DNA of 64,000 bases, from NCBI GenBank assembly GCA_965232265.1, contig CBDDPH010000002.1:1176290-1240289 (forward strand), written 5' to 3'. The stretch comes from Candidatus Latescibacterota bacterium (lineage in GTDB: Bacteria > Latescibacterota > UBA2968). Shown in pieces: positions 32,201-42,200 of the stretch. Numbering within the stretch: position 1 is the stretch's first letter; each line of letters opens with the position of its first letter. The notes under the pieces are model-generated. The model was given only the letters and a program-made list of their open reading frames with translations, was not told the origin of the DNA and searched no databases. Both the position numbers and the translations under genes were made by a program.

Positions 32201-32480
32201 CGCGCAGTGCAATCTGGTCGAGGCTGAGAGGTCTGATAAATGGCATGACGCAGAAGCGAGCGAGCAGGTATAAGAGGCACAGGCCACACAAACTCTCCAA
32301 AATGATTTTGAGAATTGGGCGCAGGTAGAATATCGATTCGAGGATGACGAGGGCAATGCCCGCGCTGAGGATAAATACCAGCGCGAGTCCCACACCTGTC
32401 AGTGCCCGATTCGCCGCGAGCAGGGTGCGTAGCCTCGTAAGGCGGTGGGTGAGTTTTTGATGTGCGGCGTGTGAGGTCAT
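29196..32480 (-). CDS. DUF4175-family membrane-anchored coiled-coil protein
   Basis: N-terminal TM segments, D.PP.V, DDYGI motif, long Q/E-rich coiled coil, ending Y..LIRRYF. Confidence 0.75.
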   Translation of the reverse strand: MTSHAAHQKLTHRLTRLRTLLAANRALTGVGLALVFILSAGIALVILESIFYLRPILKIILESLCGLCLLYLLARFCVMPFIRPLSLDQIALRVEQHFGGLQQHLINALQLWRQRDREEHATALVDAAIIQAERATQHLPYQTLINRKPPIRAATAVVVLALVALLLHAGWPADLSGAVQRLANPQTPYTRPADTYIILKPGNIEIVGGEPLTLTAQFAGIVPRTARLYVREKGVQTWASFALSVRQAGASHHFPNVTRSFDYRLSAHDAQTPIYTATVHPRPIVTRISHRDRFPPHTAMPDRIDQQGGDIIVPIGTEVSLTIEANKPLASAALVFDDATELPAAVSSSLARATLIVKKDGRYRMRLRDNQMIANKDPVTYRIVALPDQPPDVRLLQPGQDIDLTESMRVSLVAEAFDDYGISRLQLRYQKGDDTDHILPIVTTPGREIETSYPWDLSNLDLLPSDQITYRIRAYDNNPRPSYGETATFTIRMPSLFEIHREADKTQRESIDEMEAVQQRGRKLDARLKELARDMLSKDKLDWQEKRELEKARQTQEQLAEQIESTAEQLQHALDRLQESGLLEDDTLQKLEELQTLLSQIRTPELDDVMKKLDEAIKSADANMVREALEQFQMEREKFRESIDRTLALLRRVQQQQTLDALNQKLEELAQAQDQITQNIQREPVEDLIRRQTRIARDTEQLHTELQQASQKMDSPTDGELDQLANAIQNKRLTPRMDQVRRDLARGQRQSAGQNSDALARDLQNMSQNLAQTRQQFVQRQKDEIARELNRVLHDLLTLSQAQERTTQRANEAGNRDDTAPLALDQARAITGASRMAQRMMDASQKTFFMPPSAQAALGQALNKMAGAAEQLNAGNANQAAQLAREAMGEINRGAMMVQNALGQLAASESGTGFEEMMAKMAQLAQQQGSLNAQTENLFGQPGGQPSWQKLAAQQRAIRDALNALRGELARQQREMLGDLGKIASDMQETTREMLQRRVAPQTLMRQRQILSRMLDAQQAMRSRGKSKKRQARTGVNLTYRGPGSLPADLGEADNPLRHLMRDALKEGYSSEYQALIRRYFENLIEDAKKTTDD

Positions 32481-32485
32481 GAGAA

Positions 32486-32596
32486 TCAGTTGTCAGTTGT
32501 CAGTTGTCAGTTGTCGGTTGTCAGTCCCAACCACCCAACCCCGCCTTGGTGTGGCGGTGTGGGGACTGGTTACTGGTTACTGGCTACTGATCACTG
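32486..32596. repeat. Composite heptamer tandem repeats flanking an inverted repeat
   Basis: About 5 TCAGTTG units, CAGTCCC...GGGACTG, then about 4 ACTGGTT-like units. Confidence 0.75.
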
Positions 32597-32599
32597 CCT

Positions 32600-33262
32600 T
32601 TAATGCGTTAGTGCCCAAATAATAACATTAGTACCCATCTTAAGTGCTTCTGTTCTCTTCTCCGGCGGGGCGTTGTGTACGTCGGGATCATCCCATCCAT
32701 CGGCGATGTCGCTGCTCGTGTTGTAAAAGACGATCAAGCGGTTTTCGTGAAATAGACCCAGCGCCTGGGGGGGATCGCCGTCGTGTTCATGGATTTTTGG
32801 CAAGCCATTTGGAAAGTGAAATGGCGTCTTGAAGAGATCAAAAGACGGGGGCAATTGAACGAGTTTTTTGTCGGGGAATGCGCGTTTGAGTTCCCGGCGA
32901 AAGGATTCGTCCAAGCCGTAGTCATCGTTGGCAAAGAGAAAGCCGCCGCGTTCGAGATAGAGGCGCAAGCGCCGCAGTTCTTCTTCGGAGAATCGGATGT
33001 TGCCGTGGCCTGTGAGAAACAGTACGGGATAGGCAAAGAGGTGTTCGTCGGTGAGCGCGACCTGGGCTTCTTGCTCGGCGGTGCGGATGGGCGTGTGTTG
33101 TTTGATAAATGCGAGCAGGTTGGGGATTTCTGTTGGGCCATTGTACCAGTCGCCGCCGCCGTCGTATTTGAGACGTGCGATGGTGAATGCCGCAGGCGGG
33201 TCTTGCAATTGCGCCAGGCTGGGCGCAGAGATTATCAGGAGTAAGAGGCAGAAATGGCGCAT
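32600..33262 (-). CDS. DUF4159 domain protein
   Basis: ARLKYDGGGDWY, TGHG, GGFLFANDDYG, LPKIHEHDG. Confidence 0.85.
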   Translation of the reverse strand: MRHFCLLLLIISAPSLAQLQDPPAAFTIARLKYDGGGDWYNGPTEIPNLLAFIKQHTPIRTAEQEAQVALTDEHLFAYPVLFLTGHGNIRFSEEELRRLRLYLERGGFLFANDDYGLDESFRRELKRAFPDKKLVQLPPSFDLFKTPFHFPNGLPKIHEHDGDPPQALGLFHENRLIVFYNTSSDIADGWDDPDVHNAPPEKRTEALKMGTNVIIWALTH

Positions 33263-33298
33263 GATTTTTATGACGCAAGAAAGCGGTTTTCGGTTCCG

Positions 33299-33637
33299 TC
33301 AGCGGTCTTTCACGTTGTCTATTTGCAGGATGGGAGGCTCTGTGCCAAAGGTATAAGTGCAGTCGAAGTCAACTTCGGATAAACACCGCGTATCGATTGG
33401 AAATGCCGCGCATTGTTTGGGGCGGTTTTCGTAGATGCTACAGAGGGTGTCTCCGGTGTCATTTTTGATGAGAAAGGGGCATTTGAACAGGAGTTCGCAG
33501 CAGTTGCCACACTGGTTGCATTCGCCCTGTCGGTTTTTTTCTTGTTGCGCGACGTAGGCTTTGCGAAATCGCAGCAGCACAAAGCGTCGCACTTTGCCGA
33601 TGGCTTGTTCGCGCATTTTGCCAAGGGTTCTGGGCAT
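33299..33637 (-). CDS. YkgJ-like cysteine-cluster protein
   Basis: CNQCGNCC, CPFL, CSIYENRPKQC..FP. Confidence 0.75.
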   Translation of the reverse strand: MPRTLGKMREQAIGKVRRFVLLRFRKAYVAQQEKNRQGECNQCGNCCELLFKCPFLIKNDTGDTLCSIYENRPKQCAAFPIDTRCLSEVDFDCTYTFGTEPPILQIDNVKDR

Positions 33638-33756
33638 AAGAGAGTCCTATGAAAATATCCATGGTCGGGGTATGAAGGCGAGTGAGCGGTGTATAACTGC
33701 GCCAGCAGTTCAATCGAGCATGACTGGTTCAGGCCCGTTCACGACACGAAGGGATG

Positions 33757-33784
33757 GTAGGTGCGGTTTAAAACCCGCACCTGC
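33757..33784. repeat. GTAG-type REP-like palindrome
   Basis: GTAGGTGCGGTTTAAAACCCGCACCTGC; same family as 24987-25040. Confidence 0.7.
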
Positions 33785-33786
33785 GT

Positions 33787-34929
33787 TTATTTTATATTTT
33801 CAATTTCACGCTCTGCAGCCTGTACGCCGTCTTTGGTGTCGTGAACGGCGATGGTGAGGTCGCAGTGCCGGGTTTCGCCCCCGTTGAGTGTGATAACGCG
33901 CCCGGCGTCGCGCTCAACGCTTTTGGCGTTGGGATAGTTGGTGGCGGGTTCGAGGCCTACAACGTATCCATCTGAGGTTGCTGCGGTGTTTTTCCAGAGG
34001 GTAAAGTACGGCATGTGTTTGCGTGAATAGTGGAGCGAAGACCCTATGTTGCCTTCGGCGTTTTTGAGGAGGACAGATGTGTTGCCCGCGCTGTTGCCAG
34101 CGAGTTCGTAAAAATAAACTTGTTCGATATAACCCGGGGTGGGACCGAGACATTGGTCGAAGGTGTGAAAGCCTTCCTCTGCGCGTGGGTCGCGTGGGGA
34201 GACGGTTTTGTGCGGCGTTACAATGGACGCGCCTTCTTCGAGGAGGGGTGCGCCGTAATTGCAGTGGTAGAGCAGTTGCATTTCAGCGGGTTTGTCGTTG
34301 AGGTTGGTGACTTGATCGGCGATGGTGAAGGCGTTGCTGCCGAGTTCGGTCGATATGGCTGTGGTGAGGCGCAGCGCGGGACCAAACATCATGGTTTCAT
34401 CCACGATGCCCAATACGGTGATGCGATGGGGTGGTGTCAGGTCGATTTGTACTTCGACATAACGCGCGGGTATGTTGGCGATTTTGCCGTGCAGAGGGAC
34501 AAAGACTTCGGCTTCGTTGCCGTTGTTGTCGATGACGATGTCGTTGCCGGGTGCGCCATTGCTATCGAGGCCACAGCGCACGATCCATTCGTTAAAGCCT
34601 TTTAGCCATCCCAGGCCGCCCCGGTCGTTGAGGTCGATAAAGGCCGGGTTGACGAGGTCGCGCACGGGCGATTCCCAGCCGAGGCATAAGCCGCGATACG
34701 AGCCTTTCCATATTCCCATGCCGCGCGTGGGAACGATAGAAACTGAGAGTGCGCCGTTGTCGAGTTCTATGAGGTCAACCCCGTCTTGTGTGCCGCCTTT
34801 GAGGGCGGTTTTTTGTACGCGCCATGGATATTCTGTGCCAAGTGGTAGGGTGGATTCATCGATGGTCCACGATTCGGTCCAGAGTGCGCGTTCGACATTG
34901 GTGAGAACAAAGCGATACATGCCTTCCAT
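33787..34929 (-). CDS. Aldose 1-epimerase superfamily (DUF4432-like) protein
   Basis: PTRGMGIW, LHGKIANIPA, LYHCNYG, GLEPATNYPN. Confidence 0.85.
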   Translation of the reverse strand: MEGMYRFVLTNVERALWTESWTIDESTLPLGTEYPWRVQKTALKGGTQDGVDLIELDNGALSVSIVPTRGMGIWKGSYRGLCLGWESPVRDLVNPAFIDLNDRGGLGWLKGFNEWIVRCGLDSNGAPGNDIVIDNNGNEAEVFVPLHGKIANIPARYVEVQIDLTPPHRITVLGIVDETMMFGPALRLTTAISTELGSNAFTIADQVTNLNDKPAEMQLLYHCNYGAPLLEEGASIVTPHKTVSPRDPRAEEGFHTFDQCLGPTPGYIEQVYFYELAGNSAGNTSVLLKNAEGNIGSSLHYSRKHMPYFTLWKNTAATSDGYVVGLEPATNYPNAKSVERDAGRVITLNGGETRHCDLTIAVHDTKDGVQAAEREIENIK

Positions 34930-35106
34930 GGGATTTCCTTCTGTGTAGGGGACAGAGGTCCTTTTTTGTTCGTCTGAATATACGGGAAAATGCGCGAGGT
35001 GAAAAGCGCAACATAAGGGCGGTTGTCAAAATGGATATAAGTCGTTATACTTTTTTATCGTATTGCCAATCATGCGAATAAAGCGTAGAAATCATAGCGC
35101 AATGAC

Positions 35107-35130
35107 GGGCGAAAGGTTTTTCGCCCCTAC
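35107..35130. repeat. GTAG-type REP-like palindrome
   Basis: Minus strand GTAGGGGCGAAAAACCTTTCGCCC. Confidence 0.55.
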
Positions 35131-35143
35131 AATATCCACGCCC

Positions 35144-36526
35144 ATGAACAGACAAACTTTTTTCTTTTGCGGTATTGGCGGCAGCGGCATGAGTGCTATT
35201 GCACAGGTGTTGCTGCATCAAGGCCATGCGGTGCGCGGGTCGGATCGCAGCTATGACCGCGGGCAGAATGCGGATTTGTACGCGCAATTGCAGGCACTTG
35301 GGGTGGTGTTATTTCCGCAAGATGGATCGGGCGTGGATGCAGATGTGGATGTGCTGGTGGTGTCGAGTGCGGTCGAGCCGACGATTTTGGATGTACAGGC
35401 GGGGCTGGATCGCGGTATTGCGATTTGCAAACGGGCAGAGGTGTTGGCGGACTTGTTCCATCGGGGGACGGGGATAGCCATAGGGGGGACGAGTGGCAAA
35501 TCCACAGTGACGGGAATGATTGGGCATATTTTGAACAGGACGGGACGCAATCCCACGGTGATCAATGGCGGGATCATGCGCGATGCGGTGCAACCTCCGC
35601 GATTGGGCAATGCATTGTGCGGCGATGCCGAGTTGGTCGTGATTGAGGCAGACGAGAGCGATGGTACGATTGCGCTGTACGAGCCGACGGTGGCGGTGTT
35701 GACGAATATTTCGCTGGATCACAAGCCGATGGCAGAATTGGAGTCGCTTTTTGGGGCGTTTTGCGAAAGGGCGAGCGATGCGGTGGTGGTGAATCGCAAC
35801 TGCGAGCGGTCGATGGTGTTGACGCAAGGGGTAAAGCGGCGGGTGACTTTTGGAGTGGATTGCGAAGGGGCAGATATGCACGCTGCCGATGTCGCGTTGT
35901 TGCCCGATGGCGTGCGGTGTGTTCTCAATGGACAGCCGTGTCGGTTGCGCGTACCTGGCCGGCACAATGTCGCCAATGCCGTGGCGGCGATTGCCGCGTG
36001 TGGGGTGCTTGGGATAAGCGCGAAGGATGGGGCAGAAGCATTGGGTGATTTTCGGGGGATCGGCAGGCGATTGGAGGTGGTGGGCAAAGCACAGGGGGTG
36101 ACGGTGATCGATGATTTTGCCCATAATCCAGATAAAATTGCCGCGAGTTTGGCAACGCTAAAGGCGCAGCCCGGGCGCGTGTTGTCGGTGTTTCAACCGC
36201 ACGGGTTTGGACCAACGCGATTTTTGATGGATGGACTGATTTCGGCGTATGTCAATGGGATGGACGCGGATGATCTGGTGATTATGTCGGAGATTTTTTA
36301 TGCGGGTGGGACAGCGCAAAAGGATATTTCTTCGGGGGATTTGATCGCGCAGATTGCGCGTGCTGGGCGACGGGCTGAGTATATTGAAAGGCGCGAGGAT
36401 ATCGTCGTGCGTCTGGCGGAGGAAGCGCGGGATGGCGATAGGATTGTCGTCATGGGCGCGCGGGATGATTCGCTGACGGATTTTGCGAGAGATATATTGT
36501 CGCGGATTGAGAGCAGGGTGCGATGA
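35144..36526 (+). CDS. MurC/Mpl-like Mur ligase
   Basis: GIGGSGMS, GTSGKST, EADESDG, DDFAHNP, FQPHG; adjacent LD-carboxypeptidase suggests a recycling role. Confidence 0.85.
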   Translation: MNRQTFFFCGIGGSGMSAIAQVLLHQGHAVRGSDRSYDRGQNADLYAQLQALGVVLFPQDGSGVDADVDVLVVSSAVEPTILDVQAGLDRGIAICKRAEVLADLFHRGTGIAIGGTSGKSTVTGMIGHILNRTGRNPTVINGGIMRDAVQPPRLGNALCGDAELVVIEADESDGTIALYEPTVAVLTNISLDHKPMAELESLFGAFCERASDAVVVNRNCERSMVLTQGVKRRVTFGVDCEGADMHAADVALLPDGVRCVLNGQPCRLRVPGRHNVANAVAAIAACGVLGISAKDGAEALGDFRGIGRRLEVVGKAQGVTVIDDFAHNPDKIAASLATLKAQPGRVLSVFQPHGFGPTRFLMDGLISAYVNGMDADDLVIMSEIFYAGGTAQKDISSGDLIAQIARAGRRAEYIERREDIVVRLAEEARDGDRIVVMGARDDSLTDFARDILSRIESRVR

Positions 36527-37422
36527 GCTTACCTCCCAAATTACAACCCGGCGATACCGTTGGCATTATCGCGCCGTCTGGGTCTTTTGAACGCGAGCGG
36601 TTGGCTCCCGGTCTGGCGTTTTTGCGCGCGAAGGGGTTTGATGTGCGCGAAGGGGCGTCGCTTTACGCTCAGGATCGGTATTTGGCGGGGACGGATCGGG
36701 CGCGTGCCGACGATGTGAATGCGATGTTTGCCGATGGGGATGTGAAGGGTATTTTTGTCGCGCGTGGGGGGTATGGGGCTGCGCGTATTTTGGAGCTTTT
36801 GGATTGGGCGTCTATTGCCCAAAATCCAAAGGTGCTGGTGGGGTTGAGCGATACGACAGCGTTGCAGTTGGCGATTTTTGCACGAACGGAATTGGTGACA
36901 TTTTCGGGGTTTTTGCTGTGTTCGGATGTGACGGCAGCAGGCGTTGATCAGGAGACGGAGCAGGCATTGTGGGCGGCGGTGTGTTCGCATCGGTTTGCGG
37001 ACGTTGATTTAACGCCTCTGCGCGGTGGCGAGGTGACGGGCACACTTACGGGCGGATGTTTGTCGCTGGTGGCGTCGCTGGTGGGTACGCAGTTTTTTCC
37101 AGCACTGGACGGTGCGGTGCTGGTGCTGGAGGATGTGAATGAGCCCCCGTATCGCATGGATCGAATGCTGAATCAGTTGGCGATGGCCGGGGTGTTTGAT
37201 CGCGTCGCGGGTGTGATGTTTGGCGCGTTTGTGGATTGCGAACCCGAGCGCGAGACAGAGGGCCGGGTCGAAGACGTGATCGATGATTTTGCCGCACGGG
37301 TATCCTGCCCGGTTTTTTGTGGCTTGCCCTATGGACACGGCAAAGCGCGGCGGGTGCTGCCGATTGGTCTGCGCGTCAGGATTGCACGGGATGTGTTGGC
37401 ATTTCAAGGCGCTGGGGGTTAG
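36523..37422 (+). CDS. LD-carboxypeptidase (peptidase S66)
   Basis: ARGGYGA, GLSDTT, LEDVNE, LPYGH. Confidence 0.92.
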   Translation: MSLPPKLQPGDTVGIIAPSGSFERERLAPGLAFLRAKGFDVREGASLYAQDRYLAGTDRARADDVNAMFADGDVKGIFVARGGYGAARILELLDWASIAQNPKVLVGLSDTTALQLAIFARTELVTFSGFLLCSDVTAAGVDQETEQALWAAVCSHRFADVDLTPLRGGEVTGTLTGGCLSLVASLVGTQFFPALDGAVLVLEDVNEPPYRMDRMLNQLAMAGVFDRVAGVMFGAFVDCEPERETEGRVEDVIDDFAARVSCPVFCGLPYGHGKARRVLPIGLRVRIARDVLAFQGAGG

Positions 37423-37437
37423 AGTTGGGGACTGGCT

Positions 37438-37510
37438 GTGTTGAAATACGGGCGACACGCAGAGCGCGAATCCGATAAATTCGCCGTGCAATGTCTGATG
37501 AACGCAGGTG
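37438..37510 (+). pseudogene. Fragment of an M48 peptidase C-terminal region
   Basis: LKYGRHAERESDKFAVQCLMNAG resembles the M48 'SR..E.EAD...AG' motif; ends in simple repeats. Confidence 0.4.
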
Positions 37511-37609
37511 TCCATCATCTCACTTCACAGTCCCTCTTGTTCATCTGCGTTCATCTGCGTTCATCTGCGGATAACCTTCACACTTCACACTTCACACTTC
37601 CTACTTCCT

Positions 37610-38623
37610 ATGGTTCGTTTTCTCAAATGGTTTGTCCCGATTAGCGCGGCGGTTCTGATTGTTTTATTCGCCAGTGCATACTGGTATGTGACGCCGCAAC
37701 GGATGAAGGCGATTGTGCAGCCGCGCTTGTCATCGGCTTTGGGCCGAGAGGTGATGTTCGACCGTATCGCGTGGGGGCTGTCTGAGGGCATAGTGTTTTC
37801 GGATTTGCGAGTGGAAGGCGGGGATGGTTCTGATCCCTTGTTGGTCGCGGAGCAGGTACAGGTGCCCGTGTCTCGGTGGAAGTTGTTGTCGGTTTTGGGC
37901 GCGCTGGCGCTGGAAGGTGAGAGGCCCGGGAGGGATGAGCAGAGCGATGCCGACGATGCGCCAATTCTATCCATAGATCACGTTCGGTTTCAGGATGGTA
38001 CGTTGCGGGTGAGAGGCATTGCGATTGTTTTTGATCATTTAGAGACGGCTTTGCAGGTCGAGAATAGGCGTGTAAATCTGGACCCTATTCAGGGGCAGGT
38101 GTGCGAGGGCACGCTCACGGGTGATCTGGCGTGGGATAATGGCGCGTGGGATGGCTCTGTGTCGCTTGCGAATGCTCAGGCAGAACAGGTGGTGCATTCG
38201 ATTGGCTGGGATATACCGCTTTCCGGCGCGGTGGATATAGCGATTCAGGTGTCAGGTGCAAGCGTGCGCGGTTCCGCAAGTATGGCCGAGGGGCGCATTG
38301 TGAGGTGGGCTTTTTTGCAGCGGTTGTTGCACCCGATGGCACAATGGGGTTTGATAAAGACCGATGAGGTCCCGCTCAAAGATGTGACGGTGGTTTTTCA
38401 GGTGCAGGGCGATGAGGTGATTTTGGATGGGACAAAGTTCACGGCTTCAGATATAGCGTGTGTATTAAATGGTAAGACTTTGGGTGGGCAGTTGGATTAT
38501 GTGCTGGATGTGGAGATGCCCATTCAATTTGCAGGATTTCGTTTGGGAAGCGGGACCATTCCCCTACGCATAAAAATGACCGGCATGGCAAACGCGCCAG
38601 AGGTGGCCGTGGAGATAAGATAG
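37610..38623 (+). CDS. AsmA-like membrane-anchored beta-rich protein
   Basis: N-terminal TM segment, LSSALGREV, C-terminal IPLRIKMTG...PEV. Confidence 0.6.
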   Translation: MVRFLKWFVPISAAVLIVLFASAYWYVTPQRMKAIVQPRLSSALGREVMFDRIAWGLSEGIVFSDLRVEGGDGSDPLLVAEQVQVPVSRWKLLSVLGALALEGERPGRDEQSDADDAPILSIDHVRFQDGTLRVRGIAIVFDHLETALQVENRRVNLDPIQGQVCEGTLTGDLAWDNGAWDGSVSLANAQAEQVVHSIGWDIPLSGAVDIAIQVSGASVRGSASMAEGRIVRWAFLQRLLHPMAQWGLIKTDEVPLKDVTVVFQVQGDEVILDGTKFTASDIACVLNGKTLGGQLDYVLDVEMPIQFAGFRLGSGTIPLRIKMTGMANAPEVAVEIR

Positions 38624-38626
38624 GTT

Positions 38627-38740
38627 TTAAAGCGCGAGCGCAATGACAATGAGTATGGCGACCACTATCAAGACGATGCAGAAACCTCTGATAAAACCTC
38701 TGATAAAACCGCCCACAAATCCATCTTTGTTGTCGTCCAT
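38627..38740 (-). CDS. Putative 37-aa single-TM protein
   Basis: Translated by hand: MDDNKDGFVGGFIRGFIRGFCIVLIVVAILIVIALAL; AAGGA upstream; starts right after the protease stop. Confidence 0.4.
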   Translation of the reverse strand: MDDNKDGFVGGFIRGFIRGFCIVLIVVAILIVIALAL

Positions 38741-38741
38741 G

Positions 38742-39146
38742 TTACTCGTTTCCTTCGGCATTGCCGCGAGCAAAGCCATGAGCAGCCTTCAGCAAAACGG
38801 CTGGTAGCCGTTTCAGTTCTTCATTTCTCGGATCAACCTCGAATCCACCGGATTCCAAAGCAGTAACACCGAGCAATGGTTCCGCGCCCTCTTCTCCGTA
38901 CACAACAGTTCCCCCGACAATTTCTCCCTCGAATTCGATCTCTGCAATGGTTATATCCAGGGCCACAGGATTCCCGTCTGCAAGTACGTAATCGCGGCTC
39001 CCCCTCGGTTCGAGTCCAATCGCTTCAAGACGCGCCCTCGGCACGAGTGAGTCGAACGCGCCAGTATCGACTAAAAATTTGCCGGTCCAGCTACGTTGTC
39101 GGTCCGCGGGATTGCGGATCGTTACGTCAACATAAACCGAGGCCAT
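38742..39146 (-). CDS. Clan AA aspartic protease (AF_0612-like)
   Basis: FLVDTGA, LADG, PLLGVTALE; AGGAG RBS. Confidence 0.85.
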   Translation of the reverse strand: MASVYVDVTIRNPADRQRSWTGKFLVDTGAFDSLVPRARLEAIGLEPRGSRDYVLADGNPVALDITIAEIEFEGEIVGGTVVYGEEGAEPLLGVTALESGGFEVDPRNEELKRLPAVLLKAAHGFARGNAEGNE

Positions 39147-39265
39147 GGTGCTTCTCCTATTGGGTTGGTGGTGGACAGTTCCTATCTGAAGATATGGGAC
39201 AAAATTGAGTCTGTATAGCACCGCATAAATAAAATAAGAATATGGGAAAACAAACCGCCATGCAA

Positions 39266-42200
39266 GATTCAATCCTTGTTCTATTGGAATGTCCTGCTGA
39301 ATTCGCTGCGACCAGGAGATGCCGATTCGCGGTACGCGTGTTTCAATCCTTGTTCTATTGGAATGTCCTGCTGAATTCGATGCTGGCAATCAGGTTGCGG
39401 CTGAAGCAATGACGTTTCAATCCTTGTTCTATTGGAATGTCCTGCTGAATCCTAAAACGCAGTGTAGAGGAGGGCTAAAAAATGGGTTTCAATCCTTGTT
39501 CTGTTGGAATGTCCTGCTGAATGACTATATTCTAATCAAGACAGAGAGATACCCACCGTTTCAATCCTTGTTCTGTTGGAATGTCCTGCTGAATGACTAT
39601 ATTCTAATCAAGACAGAGAGATACCCACCGTTTCAATCCTTGTTCTGTTGGAATGTCCTGCTGAATACGTGTCAATTTACCGATGGGTTTGGTGCGTATG
39701 TGTTGTTTCAATCCTTGTTCTGTTGGAATGTCCTGCTGAATTCTCGGCGTATGATCATCCCAATGTCGTGCACGGTCGCGTTTCAATCCTTGTTCTGTTG
39801 GAATGTCCTGCTGAATTGGCGACGGGTGAGGAAGATTTAGACGCGCCAGAACCCGTTTCAATCCTTGTTCTGTTGGAATGTCCTGCTGAATTAACGCCGA
39901 TCTGGTCGAGCGTGCTGACGTGCTGTGTGTTTCAATCCTTGTTCTGTTGGAATGTCCTGCTGAATGATCCCAAAACGGGGATTGTGGAGAAAACCATGAA
40001 TTTGTTTCAATCCTTGTTCTGTTGGAATGTCCTGCTGAATGAGGCTATCAGATGGCTATCTCCTTGTAGATACTGACGAGTTTCAATCCTTGTTCTGTTG
40101 GAATGTCCTGCTGAATGAGATTCTGAATCAGAACTTTCCGCAGGTCGAAAAGTTTCAATCCTTGTTCTGTTGGAATGTCCTGCTGAATCCAGCCGCGCCG
40201 ATTTGCACCACCAAAACGCCCGCACGTTTCAATCCTTGTTCTGTTGAAATGTCCTGCTGAATTTCGCGTATAGCCGTGACGTGTTTTCAACTTCAGACGT
40301 TTCAATCCTTGTTCTGTTGGAATGTCCTGCTGAATTGCACATGTTTAGGGATAGAGAATTAACTGATGAGGTTTCAATCCTTGTTCTGTTGGAATGTCCT
40401 GCTGAATCCGATGCGATTGCATCGGCTATGAAGAAAATCCCTGAGATGATGTTTCAATCCTTGTTCTGTTGGAATGTCCTGCTGAATCGAGGCGCGTGAA
40501 CCGCGTTTGTTTCGTCCGTCCATCGTTTCAATCCTTGTTCTGTTGGAATGTCCTGCTGAATTGACCGCCCTGATTTTGAAACTGTATGTCCCGACCGGTT
40601 TCAATCCTTGTTCTGTTGGAATGTCCTGCTGAATGTTTGCGGTACGCGAGCGGATGTCACCCGCCAAAAGTTTCAATCCTTGTTCTGTTGGAATGTCCTG
40701 CTGAATTGGTTTTGATCTTCTTAACGTACGTGACTTCACCCCAAGTTTCAATCCTTGTTCTGTTGGAATGTCCTGCTGAATGCGCATCTTTGATAAACCA
40801 ATGTTTATAAGCCGGCCTGTTTCAATCCTTGTTCTGTTGGAATGTCCTGCTGAATCCCGCGAAAGACCATGGTCTTGAGCCACAAAGGTACGGTTTCAAT
40901 CCTTGTTCTGTTGGAATGTCCTGCTGAATCGAATCAGAAATAACACTCATGCAAATCAATTCCCCAAGTTTCAATCCTTGTTCTGTTGGAATGTCCTGCT
41001 GAATTGACTTCTTGCCCTAAGTATTGCGACAATAGTTTAGTTTCAATCCTTGTTCTGTTGGAATGTCCTGCTGAATTCGTCATATTGAGCAAAAAGTGTT
41101 TCAATCCTTGTTCTGTTGGAATGTCCTGCTGAATACGGCGGTATTCTTTTTCGCATACAATTCTTTGCGTTTCAATCCTTGTTCTGTTGGAATGTCCTGC
41201 TGAATTATTAAAATGGCATACGAAAAAATGTTGGTCGTTGTGTTTCAATCCTTGTTCTGTTGGAATGTCCTGCTGAATTTTCTTGCGTCAGCCCGTTGAT
41301 GAAGTTTCAATCCTTGTTCTGTTGGAATGTCCTGCTGAATTAGTCGGAAGTCTCGTTTATGTTTCAATCCTTGTTCTGTTGGAATGTCCTGCTGAATAAC
41401 TGTCCGAATGAGCGAGACGGAATGGGAAACTTGTTTCAATCCTTGTTCTGTTGGAACTGAATCGCCGAGAAAGCAGGATGCTCAAGAATCTGGTTTCAAT
41501 CCTTGTTCTGTTGGAATGTCCTGCTGAATGCCGCCGCAATCGGCAGGTCAACATACAGGCATTAGACGGTTTCAATCCTTGTTCTGTTGGAATGTCCTGC
41601 TGAATCGGAATCTCGTTTGATGTTCACCCGCAGTACGTGATGTTTCAATCCTTGTTCTGTTGGAATGTCCTGCTGAATGGATCAGGTATTACCCCCCGAT
41701 ATAGTAGATGAAACTGTGGTTTCAATCCTTGTTCTGTTGGAATGTCCTGCTGAATGTCATAGGCCGTCTATAGAATAACAACTATGAGTATGGTTTCAAT
41801 CCTTGTTCTGTTGGAATGTCCTGCTGAATAAAGATTGCCCTTGTCTTTTCGCGCCTTGTAGATGGAAGTTTCAATCCTTGTTCTGTTGGAATGTCCTGCT
41901 GAATGTTGCAGTCAATCGCAGAGAAAAGCTGAAGGGATGCGGAGTTTCAATCCTTGTTCTGTTGGAATGTCCTGCTGAATTCAGTCAACTTATACTGCCC
42001 CACAAGAGCATCGCAGTTTCAATCCTTGTTCTGTTGGAATGTCCTGCTGAATAAATCGTTTGTGTGAGGCGGTTGAGGTTGAAAAAGGTTTCAATCCTTG
42101 TTCTGTTGGAATGTCCTGCTGAATTTTTCCTTTCTTCACGCCTTTGTTCCTATTGCATTCGTTTCAATCCTTGTTCTGTTGGAATGTCCTGCTGAATGAA

